Source of the DNA: Candidatus Latescibacterota bacterium
GTDB lineage: Bacteria; Krumholzibacteriota; Krumholzibacteriia; WVZY01
Direction: 5' to 3'
Assembly: GCA_963791045.1 (NCBI GenBank)
Contig: CAWBQK010000010.1
Span: 1-64,000 of the forward strand
Length of the DNA: 64,000 nucleotides
Positions 52,883 through 62,490 of the stretch are shown here, in pieces. The number at the start of each line of letters is the position of its first letter. The stretch's first letter is position 1. Under the pieces are notes generated by a model that had not been told where the DNA came from, made no database searches, and saw only the letters and a list, made by a program, of their open reading frames with translations. Position numbers and translations under genes: made by a program.

Positions 52883-54034
52883 TTACCGAATGACCGCAAA
52901 CGATGCCCTGGCCGTATTCTTGATCGAACCGCTTCCCGCTCCCCCGGAGACCGCGATGATATAGACACCGCCGCCGACCGTGTCGCCGCGATCATCTTTG
53001 AAATCCCACTCGATCCCGAACTCGCCTTGCGAAAAATCGACAGGTTGATCGTCGATCAAATTGCGGACGGCATACCCCGCCGATGAAAACACCTTTGCCG
53101 TCACATAGACCGGCTCCGTGTAATCATCCGTATCGAGCACCACCGGAAATGTCGCCGGGACACCGTCCGACGGCGACAGGAGTTTCTTCTCCAGCTGAAT
53201 TCTTAGCGAGAACACCTGTCTCACCGTCGTGTCCTGCGCATCCGCTGATACGGCGTACGTCGCCTCGACCCTCGGCGAGATTCCCATATCGAGGATTCCA
53301 TCCGAATCCGAATCGAGCGGAATTCTTACATGATTGTCGGTGATTGCAACGCGTGTCGAATCGTTCTCGAGGACAATAGAAGGATCGGGTGCGGCGTCAC
53401 CCGCCCCGGTGCTTTCGCCGCCCGTAATGACGGCGAGAACGCCGAGGACCGGCTGCCCGGGCGGAACACGAACCCCCTCGGGCGCACGTTCATAATCGCC
53501 AAGCTGGTCCCACGGTATCGCCACCTCGAGTGCGCCGCCGTTCACCCCATCCTGGACATACATCGACTGGTACTTCCCGTCCTCGATCAGATTGAATGGG
53601 CTGACACAATCGACATAACCCACAACCGGCTCAGGAGACGTCCGGCTTACGCGCAGCAGGAGATTCGGGGACATTCCGCCAAATTCGATATTCCTCCGAA
53701 AATACTCCTGGGTGGCGAGATTCTCGACGCCGCCACAGGACACGTCGAGAAACAACATCAAAGTGCTCGTCATGGTAACGGCGGGTACAGCCACGTATAT
53801 ATTGTAATTATCCCATGTTACGGCAATCGCTTCGACCTCGTTATCGCGTCCCCAACGGGAATCTCCTGGGCGTTCGCGAAACGCCGTCGCCGAGTCGAGC
53901 ACCCACTCGTCATCCTCAAAGTCGACGGGGCTGCCATCGATGATTATGCGGGAACGGAGGTCGGGGGCGGTCGCTCCATAAACCGCCCCTGTGTGGAGGA
54001 GCAAGGCCACAGACAGAAGAATAGCACGAATCAT
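52883..54034 (-). CDS. Secreted protein with a DOMON/CBM9-like N-terminal domain and FlgD-Ig/T9SS-like C-terminal domain
   Basis: 'IIIDG...DF', 'VTWD..NIYVA', 'LEVAIPWDQLG', and C-terminal 'VFSSAG..VRNL...WDFKDDRG..V.GGVYI'. Confidence 0.68.
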   Translation of the reverse strand: MIRAILLSVALLLHTGAVYGATAPDLRSRIIIDGSPVDFEDDEWVLDSATAFRERPGDSRWGRDNEVEAIAVTWDNYNIYVAVPAVTMTSTLMLFLDVSCGGVENLATQEYFRRNIEFGGMSPNLLLRVSRTSPEPVVGYVDCVSPFNLIEDGKYQSMYVQDGVNGGALEVAIPWDQLGDYERAPEGVRVPPGQPVLGVLAVITGGESTGAGDAAPDPSIVLENDSTRVAITDNHVRIPLDSDSDGILDMGISPRVEATYAVSADAQDTTVRQVFSLRIQLEKKLLSPSDGVPATFPVVLDTDDYTEPVYVTAKVFSSAGYAVRNLIDDQPVDFSQGEFGIEWDFKDDRGDTVGGGVYIIAVSGGAGSGSIKNTARASFAVIR

Positions 54035-54525
54035 TTTGGCGAGTCCCTCTCCTCATCCAGGCGCGTGAGACCTTCGAGCATCAGATGGTCGAGAGGGATA
54101 TCGATCCGGATTTCCTGAGACACCGGTGTCTTGCCGGTAAGAAACGTAAACGAGCCTTCCTGCCAGCGGACGACTTCAAAAATCACATCTTTGATCTGTT
54201 CGATCACTGCGCGTCGAAGATCGATTTCGTTTATGTGCCCATCTTCGATCAGGACAGCTCCTATCCGCTTTCTCTTTTTGCCGCGCTTCAAAAGCACCGC
54301 GTCAAGAAGCTCCTGATTAATGATTCCCGCCCTTATGAGATACTCGCCAATCTTCACCGGCCTGTTCTTTATCCCGGCAAAGGTAACGTTTCCATCTTCA
54401 AAGAATATGCTCGCCGAATTTTCGCTCCCCTTGAGCTTCAATTCACCCGTCGCCACGGCAAGGTTGAGCATCTGCATCACCGCAATCGGCTGGAATACCG
54501 CGAGATTTCCCTTAAGATCCGGCAT
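54031..54525 (-). CDS. DUF4388 (PATAN-like) protein with MshEN-like tandem motif
   Basis: 'LKGNL', 'TGEL', 'IFFEDG', 'W.EGSFTF', 'LMLEG..RLDE', and internal 'KIGEYLIRAGII..RIGAVLIEDGHI'. Confidence 0.82.
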   Translation of the reverse strand: MPDLKGNLAVFQPIAVMQMLNLAVATGELKLKGSENSASIFFEDGNVTFAGIKNRPVKIGEYLIRAGIINQELLDAVLLKRGKKRKRIGAVLIEDGHINEIDLRRAVIEQIKDVIFEVVRWQEGSFTFLTGKTPVSQEIRIDIPLDHLMLEGLTRLDEERDSPK

Positions 54526-55309
54526 CTTGCGTACCTTTCTTGATGTGTCTCACCCCGATGATCAGTTGGGAGACGATCACCGACCCAAATATAACCCCGA
54601 GAAACGGATACAACACCCCGCCAAACCGGGCACGCCACTCCATATCCGTTTGTGAAAGTACAATGATCAGTATACCAGCGACGGCCTGGAGTACACCAAC
54701 TATTTTGCCCACCGGCGTCGCCTTGAATTTCAACGGCCCAGCAACAATCCGCGCAACCACCGCGCCGGCCAAAAGAGTCACGTATCTCGCAAGCAGGACT
54801 ATCAGCACCCACGCTGGGATGAAGCCTCTGACAAAGAAAGCAGCAAAAAGCCCGGCGGTCGTAACAATGTCAGCCGCGGGATCCATGACGACGCCAAACT
54901 CGGTTTCCCGGTGCGTCCGCCGCGCGACAATCCCGTCGGCGATGTCCGTCAAACCCGACAACACATACAATGCGAGCGCGCCCATCATTCGATCGTGGAT
55001 GACGAGCATGACAATCGGCACGGCGAGGAGAAAACGGGAGAAGGTGAGCTTGTTTGCCCAACCGAGGACGGGTTGTCCACCGCCGGAGCAGTCGCACAGA
55101 AGCCCGATGTTGAACAGGACAAACGCGAGGAAAACCACACCGCCCACAGTGGAAAAGATCGCGATTGTTGCAAAGAGTCCGGGGCCGGACGACAAACAGG
55201 CGACCGCCAGAATGGCGAGGACCACGATGTGGCACAACATAAAAAACCGGACGATCTCGTAAACGAGCGTCCGGTTTTTGTCGATTTCAATGATCGAGCC
55301 CACTGTCAC
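54512..55309 (-). CDS. CDP-alcohol phosphatidyltransferase (PgsA-like) with extra N-terminal TM helices
   Basis: 'ANKLTFSR' and 'TDIADGIVARR...T.FG...DPAAD'. Confidence 0.88.
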   Translation of the reverse strand: MTVGSIIEIDKNRTLVYEIVRFFMLCHIVVLAILAVACLSSGPGLFATIAIFSTVGGVVFLAFVLFNIGLLCDCSGGGQPVLGWANKLTFSRFLLAVPIVMLVIHDRMMGALALYVLSGLTDIADGIVARRTHRETEFGVVMDPAADIVTTAGLFAAFFVRGFIPAWVLIVLLARYVTLLAGAVVARIVAGPLKFKATPVGKIVGVLQAVAGILIIVLSQTDMEWRARFGGVLYPFLGVIFGSVIVSQLIIGVRHIKKGTQDAGS

Positions 55310-57957
55310 TTCTTCAGCGACGCCTGTGCCGCCGCCAGCCGGGCCACGGGCACCCTGTACGGCGAGCAGCTCACATACTGCAGTCCGACATCGTCAAAGA
55401 ACTCGATAGAGGCGGGATCTCCGCCGTGCTCGCCGCACACACCAAGCTTGATGTCTGGTTTGGTCTTCTGCCCGCGCTCAACGGCAAGGCGGACGAGTCC
55501 ACCGACACCTTTTACATCGAGAGAATCGAAAGGATCCCCGGGAAGCACACTCTTCTCCACATAATCCTTGAGAAACTTGCCCGAATCATCACGGCTGAAC
55601 CCAAACGTCATCTGGGTCAGATCATTGGTTCCAAAACTGAAGAAATCGGCTACCTCGGCAATCTCGTCGGCCACGACGGCAGCCCTGGGCACTTCGATCA
55701 TCGTACCGATGAGATACGGTATATCCATGCCTTCCCTTTCGAGAACGGCGTCGCCGACCCGGGCTATCATCTCGCGGAGCAGCGCGAGTTCGGCTTTGGT
55801 TCCCACCAGTGGGACCATAATCTCCGGCTGAACGTCCACGCCCTCGCGTTTTGCCAGGACGGCCGCTTCGAGTATCGCCTCGGCCTGGGTTTCATAGATC
55901 TCGGGATAGGTAATTCCGAGACGGCATCCCCGGTGCCCAAGCATCGGATTGAACTCGTGCAAATTCTCAATCGCCGCCTCGATCTCTTCCACCGAACGCC
56001 CGATCACTTTCGCCGTGCTGGCAATCTCGGCGGCCTCTTTGGGTAGGAACTCATGGAGCGGCGGATCGAGAAGACGGATCGTCACGGGCTTGCCGTTCAT
56101 CGCCCTGAACACGCCAAGGAAATCATCGCGCTGCATCGGCTGAATCTTCTTGAGCGCGGCAATGCGCTCGTCTTGATTCGACGCCATGATCATTTCCCGT
56201 ACCACGGGAATCCGGTCTTCGGCGAAAAACATATGTTCGGTTCTTGCGAGCCCGATTCCCTCGGCGCCGAACTCGACAGCGATTCGGGCGTCTTCGGGCG
56301 TATCGGCGTTCGCGCGGACCTTCATACGACGGTGTTCGTCCGCCCATCCCATGAACTTATGATAGTAGTCGTCGAGAACAGGATCGACGGTGGGCAAGAC
56401 ACCCTCGAACACACTACCCGTGGTGCCGTCGACCGTAACTTCGGTACCGGCTTGATAGGTCTTACCATCAACCGTGAATGTTCTCTTATCGTAGTCAACG
56501 GAGAGTTTCGAGCAACCGGCGACACAGCACTTGCCCATCCCGCGGGCAACAACCGCCGCGTGCGAGGTCATCCCGCCGCGCGCGGTGACGATCGCCTCCG
56601 CCGCCTTCATTCCCTCGACATCTTCCGGGGACGTTTCGAGCCGCATCAACACAACCTTGTCGCCCGCCGCGACCCGACTCAGCGCCTCTTCGACCGAGAA
56701 GACCACGTGCCCGCAAGCGGCCCCCGGAGACGCGGGAAGCCCCTTCGCAATCGGCTCCGCTTTGATAGAAGGGTCGATCATCGGGTGGAGGAGCGTTTCG
56801 ACCTGGTTTGCATCGACACGGAGTATCGCTTCCTTTTGGTTAATGAGCCCCTCATCAACCATGTCAATCGCAATGCGGATGGCCGCGCGCCCCGTCCTCT
56901 TGCCGTTTCGGGTTTGGAGCATCCATAGCTTACCCTTTTGGATCGTAAACTCGATATCCTGCATGTCGCGGTAATGCAACTCGAGATTTTTGTAAATCGA
57001 TTCGAGTTCGCCATAGATCGACGGCATCGTTGCCTCGAGACTCTTCGCGGATAATTCGCTCGACCCGTCCTTATTTATTGGCAGCGGTGTCCGGATGCCC
57101 GCAACAACGTCTTCACCCTGCGCGTTCGCCAGATATTCGCCAAAAAACCGCTGCTCGCCCGTCGCCGGGTCACGTGTAAACGCGACACCGGTCGCACAGT
57201 CATCACCCATATTTCCAAACACCATCGCCTGAACGTTCACGGCGGTGCCCCAGTGGTGGGGAATGGCGTTCATCCCTCTGTATTTGACGGCACGGTTTCC
57301 ATTCCACGATTTGAACACCGCGGTGATGGCGCCCCACAGCTGTTCCATCGGCTCTTCCGGAAACGGAATGCCTTTTTCTCGTTTGACTATTTGCTTGTAA
57401 GTTTCGATAAGACTCTTGAGGTCATCGACGGACAATTCGTTGTCAAGATTGGCCCCAACTTCTTCCTTCTTCGCGTGGATGGCCTTTTCGAAAAGTTCAT
57501 GCTCGACATCCATCACCACATTTCCATACATGTGGATGAACCGACGATAGCTGTCGAACGCAAACCTGGGATTTTCCGTGCGATCGATAAGCGCCTGGAC
57601 CGTTGTATCGTTCAACCCGAGGTTGAGAACGGTGTCCATCATTCCGGGCATCGACGTTCTCGCGCCCGAACGTACGGACATGAGGAGCGGGTTATCGCCG
57701 TCTCCGAATTTCGAACCCATTACCTTTTCAACCTTGGAGATATTTTCCTCGACTTCTCCGGTGAGAACGTCCGGATAATTTCCATTGTTATTCATAAAAA
57801 GAGTGCACACTTCGGTAGAAATCGTAAAACCAGGGGGGACCGGTATTTCGAGGTTGGTCATCTCGGCCAGGTTGGCGCCTTTGCCGCCCAGGAGATTTCG
57901 CATGGTCGCGTTCCCCTCAGCCTTGCCTTCGCCGAAGAAATAGACGTGCTTCGACAT
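55306..57957 (-). CDS. ppdK: Pyruvate, phosphate dikinase
   Basis: 'LLGGKGANLAEM', 'SVRSGA', 'GGMTSHAAVVARG', 'FSFGTNDLTQ' and 'GVCGEHGG'. Confidence 0.98.
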   Translation of the reverse strand: MSKHVYFFGEGKAEGNATMRNLLGGKGANLAEMTNLEIPVPPGFTISTEVCTLFMNNNGNYPDVLTGEVEENISKVEKVMGSKFGDGDNPLLMSVRSGARTSMPGMMDTVLNLGLNDTTVQALIDRTENPRFAFDSYRRFIHMYGNVVMDVEHELFEKAIHAKKEEVGANLDNELSVDDLKSLIETYKQIVKREKGIPFPEEPMEQLWGAITAVFKSWNGNRAVKYRGMNAIPHHWGTAVNVQAMVFGNMGDDCATGVAFTRDPATGEQRFFGEYLANAQGEDVVAGIRTPLPINKDGSSELSAKSLEATMPSIYGELESIYKNLELHYRDMQDIEFTIQKGKLWMLQTRNGKRTGRAAIRIAIDMVDEGLINQKEAILRVDANQVETLLHPMIDPSIKAEPIAKGLPASPGAACGHVVFSVEEALSRVAAGDKVVLMRLETSPEDVEGMKAAEAIVTARGGMTSHAAVVARGMGKCCVAGCSKLSVDYDKRTFTVDGKTYQAGTEVTVDGTTGSVFEGVLPTVDPVLDDYYHKFMGWADEHRRMKVRANADTPEDARIAVEFGAEGIGLARTEHMFFAEDRIPVVREMIMASNQDERIAALKKIQPMQRDDFLGVFRAMNGKPVTIRLLDPPLHEFLPKEAAEIASTAKVIGRSVEEIEAAIENLHEFNPMLGHRGCRLGITYPEIYETQAEAILEAAVLAKREGVDVQPEIMVPLVGTKAELALLREMIARVGDAVLEREGMDIPYLIGTMIEVPRAAVVADEIAEVADFFSFGTNDLTQMTFGFSRDDSGKFLKDYVEKSVLPGDPFDSLDVKGVGGLVRLAVERGQKTKPDIKLGVCGEHGGDPASIEFFDDVGLQYVSCSPYRVPVARLAAAQASLKK

Positions 57958-58021
57958 CTGTCACTCGCTTTCGGTTGGAATGATTTTTCTGGGATAATAA
58001 ATCCGGACCTGATGGCCAGCG

Positions 58022-59851
58022 TCAACGGCGGATCAAAACCAGCTTTTTGCTCACCGAGGATCCACCAACGGATAATCTATAGTAATAAACACTCGAGGAA
58101 ACCGCAATACCCCGATCGTCTAACCCGTCCCATTCCACGACATGCTCACCCGCTGATTTTGCCCCTTCGAAGAGCCTTCTCACCAACCGCCCCTTGACAT
58201 CGTAAATAGACAGAGCCACTTGCCGCGTCTCCAGTCTGTCCGGAGCGGCCGCCGGCGCGGACACCCCCTGGGCCATTGCCGAGCCCACCAACCGGAATCG
58301 AATGGCGGCCTGGCCTGAAACGGATGGGATGAAAGGATTTGGCACACTCTGCATCAGGACGGCGGCCGGGGATATCGCCGGCGGGGCGACGGACACACCG
58401 GTGGCGCCATAGAGCGCCGCCTGGTGGGCGTCGATGACCCCCCAACCATACTCGTTGTCCGGGCTCGAAGAATGATCGCCAGACGAACGTAGCGCATCGC
58501 GAAGGTCGATCGGGCTCCAATCGAGGTTCATCTGGAGACAAAGCGCCGCGGCCCCGGCGACCAGAGGCGTGGCAAGGCTGGTGCCGCTCGCATAATAATA
58601 CGAGGTCGACCCGGTTGCCGCCGCGGCATATACCGATACGCCCTGCGCGCAGACATCCGGTTTGATGCGACCGTCAAAAGTGGGCCCCCGCGAACTTGAA
58701 GACCAGATAAGACCATTGGAATCTACGGCCCCCACGGCGACCACACTGTCACCATCGGCCGGTGCAATGAGCCCGGGCCACGGGAGAGGTCCTTCATTCC
58801 CCGCCGCCGTAATGACGAGTAATCCGCGTGCGGCGGCGATGTCCGCCGCGATGGTGGTAACCGCCGTATTGCCGTCCATATCCTCGTATGTGTACCAGTC
58901 ATAATATCCAAGAGACGTGCTGACAATCACCGCGCCGATACTGTCGGCCCATTCAAGACCTCGAACGTAGTCATCCTCTTCCTGTTGGATTTCTACGTCC
59001 ACCTGTTCGGTCTTGCCGATCGCGTAAGTCGCCCCCCACGCGGGACCCACAAGAGTTCCTGGAGCGTATCCGCCCATGGCGGAAAGTGTCGCCGTCCCGT
59101 GGTTATGCTGCCACGAGGGATCGCCCGCTTCGTTCTCGGTGACGGGATCGTTGTTTACAAAATCCCATTCGGCGATCACATCGAGATGGGCGAGTGACTC
59201 GTGCCGTCTGTTGAACCCTGTGTCGAGAATTGCGACCAGGATCCCCTGCCCGTAGAGTCCGGCATCGTGAAGAGATATCACATTGATTAAATCCAATTGC
59301 CCAAAACTTGGCCCATAGGTCAACGCTGCGGGCGACATATCCGAACCGGGACGTACCGGAGCCGTGGGAGATGATGTTTCAATTATGGATATATTCTCGG
59401 GGCGCTTGCGATGGGCCGTCTGAACCCGGTCGATCCTGCGAACAAATTCAAATCCCTGTATAACCCGGATGTCCCCGGCCGTCGCGTAGGCGCTGACCGC
59501 GTTGAGATATTTCGACCGGTGCTTCACACGGCAGCCGGCTTCAACGATCTGACGGACATACGCTTCCCGCACGGGCAGGTCGTGGATGTCGGCCAGCGGG
59601 CCGTCCGAACGGTTCACACGACGCTGGTACGCACGCTCTTCGAACGTAATCCCCGCAACCATCGACTCGAGATCGCTCTTGTCTGCTTCACCATGGTCCG
59701 CGAAATACACCCAGATTTTGATCTCATCCTGGGACGGAGACGCAAGGTAGTCCTGTACGGCCGACGAGGTTTTGTCGAGTGTTTGTGCGCCGAGAGGAAC
59801 CGCGATGCAAAAAAAGAACAGGATGAAGAGCGGAGCGATTTTCATTGTCAT
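58022..59851 (-). CDS. Subtilisin-family (S8) serine peptidase with FlgD-Ig/T9SS-like C-terminal domain
   Basis: Catalytic triad 'ILDTG', 'NHGT', 'GTSLA'; oxyanion 'AAGN'; C-terminal 'PNPF..IYDVKGRLVR..WDG.D..G..V.S.VYYYRL'. Confidence 0.93.
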   Translation of the reverse strand: MTMKIAPLFILFFFCIAVPLGAQTLDKTSSAVQDYLASPSQDEIKIWVYFADHGEADKSDLESMVAGITFEERAYQRRVNRSDGPLADIHDLPVREAYVRQIVEAGCRVKHRSKYLNAVSAYATAGDIRVIQGFEFVRRIDRVQTAHRKRPENISIIETSSPTAPVRPGSDMSPAALTYGPSFGQLDLINVISLHDAGLYGQGILVAILDTGFNRRHESLAHLDVIAEWDFVNNDPVTENEAGDPSWQHNHGTATLSAMGGYAPGTLVGPAWGATYAIGKTEQVDVEIQQEEDDYVRGLEWADSIGAVIVSTSLGYYDWYTYEDMDGNTAVTTIAADIAAARGLLVITAAGNEGPLPWPGLIAPADGDSVVAVGAVDSNGLIWSSSSRGPTFDGRIKPDVCAQGVSVYAAAATGSTSYYYASGTSLATPLVAGAAALCLQMNLDWSPIDLRDALRSSGDHSSSPDNEYGWGVIDAHQAALYGATGVSVAPPAISPAAVLMQSVPNPFIPSVSGQAAIRFRLVGSAMAQGVSAPAAAPDRLETRQVALSIYDVKGRLVRRLFEGAKSAGEHVVEWDGLDDRGIAVSSSVYYYRLSVGGSSVSKKLVLIRR

Positions 59852-59931
59852 CAGATCCTTTGGTGGACTGCGGCCACGTGTTGCCGGTTCGCCTCACACC
59901 CAAAGCGAACCGGATAAGCTGTTGTTACTAA

Positions 59932-59960
59932 ATAATATCACATTAGGGCCCGCATGTCAA
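59932..59960 (-). promoter_or_regulatory. sigma70-type promoter for the S8 peptidase-ppdK region
   Basis: TTGACA-N17-TATTAT with an extended TG. Confidence 0.7.
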
Positions 59961-60048
59961 ATAATCGAGCGGTGTCGGGCGAAAAGAGGTTGGGTTTTCG
60001 GCGTGGGGGGGGGTGCACAGGAGTGGAATCCGGACCAGGCCGAAGGAA

Positions 60049-62382
60049 TCAGTCTACCCGCGGGAGTTTCCACTCCTCGAACAAAATAACTTCAAGGGCT
60101 TCTTGGACTTGTGAGGGCTTGAAAAATACCGGCTCGAATCCCCACACGACACTTCTCGCCGCAACACCTCCGGCCCCACCCGGCAAGCGATCACCATAAG
60201 TCGAGGTCCAGAATCCAACGGGCGCGCCGTAAATAACGGACGCTGCGTCAAGACACCCATGACCGTACATCGGTTGAAAACAATCCCTCTGAGGCTGTGT
60301 TTCGGCGACCCTGCTGCAGATATCCTGGAAATACGGCGGGTTGTAAATATCGTTTACCAGTCCCCTTCTGTCCTCGGAAAACTCCTTCGTAGCGGCCGCC
60401 ACTTCCGGTCGCAATTCCAGGGTTGGGAACCGCAACGAATCTGCCGGAATCGCGAAGCGAAGACCATTCGTGCGGGACAGATGATCTCTTGTGAGAATGA
60501 CCGAGCACGAGTGTTGCGGAAACTGGCGAATGAGTTTTTTGTTCGTGATCGAACTGATATCGATGACATTCAAACAACATTCGTTATAAGCAAACGACAG
60601 CTCGCCGACACCTTCCTCGCCAATCGAAGAATCCTCATAGGATCCATCCTGATCGCCCGTGAGCTCGTACCGGAATATTACCGGATAACCGGGGGTTTTC
60701 GTCCCGCCGGCGAAAACCATCGGGTTGATGACCGCCGTCATCGGTTGTTCACCGCAGAGCAGCAAATGACCGCCCGCCGCCAAATACAGCGCTAGAATGT
60801 TGGGCTGCACTTTACCGGTGACCACACCACCAAGGCTGGGGTCGCTGGGAATGAAGTGTATCAGATCGGGGAGAACCGAGATCCCCGCCTGGATATTGTA
60901 ACCGCTGTACGCGTCCCAGATCATCGACTTGTAGTCGGCCACCGCCTGGATGGGCAGATCGTTATCCACCTCGATCATATCGACCGCGGGATCGAAATCC
61001 TTTACGTTTGCGAGAACATCGCGCCAGAACTGGTCGTGCTCCGCGTCACTGGGGACACCGCCGTTGGTCGCGGCAAACCCCGGACTACCGCCCTCGTCAT
61101 AATCATCGACCACCAGCAGGTTCTTCTGGAACGTAAACGGGACGATGTTCACACGGATTCCGGCTCTGGACGTGAAACCCGAGTTGTCTATGACCTCGAC
61201 GTGAAACGTATGGGAATCGAACTCGAACCTGCGCGACGGCGTCTCGGCCGTGTTTCTGTTCGAGAAAAACGGTGTGTAATCGATGTCCCACTGGGTTCGG
61301 TCGTTGAGATCCTGTATGTCCCACCCGTACCTGTAACCCGACACCACGCCACCATAACTGGACGCATCGGCTGAAAAGCGGAAGCTCATCGGCACTTTTG
61401 CCGGCAAATCGATAATAGTCGTCGGTGTGTTCGGGCTCGATGTAATAATCGTTCCCATATACTTATTGAATACTGTCAGCACGGGCCCGGTCAGTCTCTG
61501 CGAGACCAGGATGCGGCGGACGTTTCTCGCCTCGTCAAAAACAGGACTGACGGCGCCTGCCTCATCCATAACCTGCAGAGCGAAAACATAAGGACCAAAT
61601 TCAAGAGGACGAGTCGTCCACGTCTTGCCGGAGTCGCCAACCGCCCTGTAATACCGCCAATCCGACCACTCGGGAGCATCGAGGTTTGACCTGATATATT
61701 CGATCGTGTTGCCCCAGCTCTCGCCAAAATCCCGGGTGCTGATCATGATCCAACGCACCGAGTCGGGTTCCTGCACCTGGCGCTCGTTCGACACGTAGTC
61801 CTTCCCAACCCATCTAAACGATGAGATGGGCGGCACCTGGGCGGGGTTGGAACCCACTCGCCTGGGAACGAGAATATCCACGACGGGCGAAAGCGTCCGG
61901 GCGGTGAACGATCGGTAGGCCGGTCTTGCGGACGCCAATCCCATGTCGTCAATGGAGCGGATGAAAAAAGTGTGCGAGCGCACAAAATCAACCGGCTCGA
62001 GATTGTTCGGATCGGTGGAAGAGCTATCGGCGAGCTCATCGGCAGTAAAAGTGAATGTGGAATCGTTCGAATACACGCGATGCCACTTGTCAACCCCGAC
62101 CGTGTCGGCCGGATCGAATACACCGTTCCCGTTATCCGTAATGCAGTATTCGAAATAGGCGACATCACCATCCGGATCCCAACCACCCCAGAAAAGATGA
62201 AGCGTGTATTCCGACACGGTTCCCTCTGGCGGCGCCGAAGACAACCAAACGTCGGGTGCCTGGTTCGCCTTCTGCGTTCCGACGAGATCCTCGTTGGCGC
62301 AACCGATGGCAATAGCCACAACTGCGACACAAACCATCAACGCAAACACTGTGTTTATTTTTATGTTCTCAATCGCAATCAT
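60049..62382 (-). CDS. Large lipoprotein of unknown function (FN3/Ig-like repeats plus a C-terminal alpha/beta domain)
   Basis: Lipobox 'IAIGC', repeated 'W.G.D.DG', 'HTFFIRSIDD' and 'HTFHVEVIDN' units, then 'LLVVDD..YKSMIW..YLAAGGHLLLCG'. Confidence 0.7.
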   Translation of the reverse strand: MIAIENIKINTVFALMVCVAVVAIAIGCANEDLVGTQKANQAPDVWLSSAPPEGTVSEYTLHLFWGGWDPDGDVAYFEYCITDNGNGVFDPADTVGVDKWHRVYSNDSTFTFTADELADSSSTDPNNLEPVDFVRSHTFFIRSIDDMGLASARPAYRSFTARTLSPVVDILVPRRVGSNPAQVPPISSFRWVGKDYVSNERQVQEPDSVRWIMISTRDFGESWGNTIEYIRSNLDAPEWSDWRYYRAVGDSGKTWTTRPLEFGPYVFALQVMDEAGAVSPVFDEARNVRRILVSQRLTGPVLTVFNKYMGTIITSSPNTPTTIIDLPAKVPMSFRFSADASSYGGVVSGYRYGWDIQDLNDRTQWDIDYTPFFSNRNTAETPSRRFEFDSHTFHVEVIDNSGFTSRAGIRVNIVPFTFQKNLLVVDDYDEGGSPGFAATNGGVPSDAEHDQFWRDVLANVKDFDPAVDMIEVDNDLPIQAVADYKSMIWDAYSGYNIQAGISVLPDLIHFIPSDPSLGGVVTGKVQPNILALYLAAGGHLLLCGEQPMTAVINPMVFAGGTKTPGYPVIFRYELTGDQDGSYEDSSIGEEGVGELSFAYNECCLNVIDISSITNKKLIRQFPQHSCSVILTRDHLSRTNGLRFAIPADSLRFPTLELRPEVAAATKEFSEDRRGLVNDIYNPPYFQDICSRVAETQPQRDCFQPMYGHGCLDAASVIYGAPVGFWTSTYGDRLPGGAGGVAARSVVWGFEPVFFKPSQVQEALEVILFEEWKLPRVD

Positions 62383-62490
62383 AGTGGATCACCAAAAACG
62401 CGCAAGGCTCTCTGTTATCCGCGAGATTTCGGAATTTGTCTGGTGGGGACAGTCCTCAGTTTTCATAGCGCGGCGTGCGCGCCACGGCAC

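Noticed and set aside
59884-59913. Hairpin CCGGTTCGC / GCGAACCGG in the S8 peptidase 5' UTR
   Set aside because: Isolated stem with no recognisable regulatory consensus.
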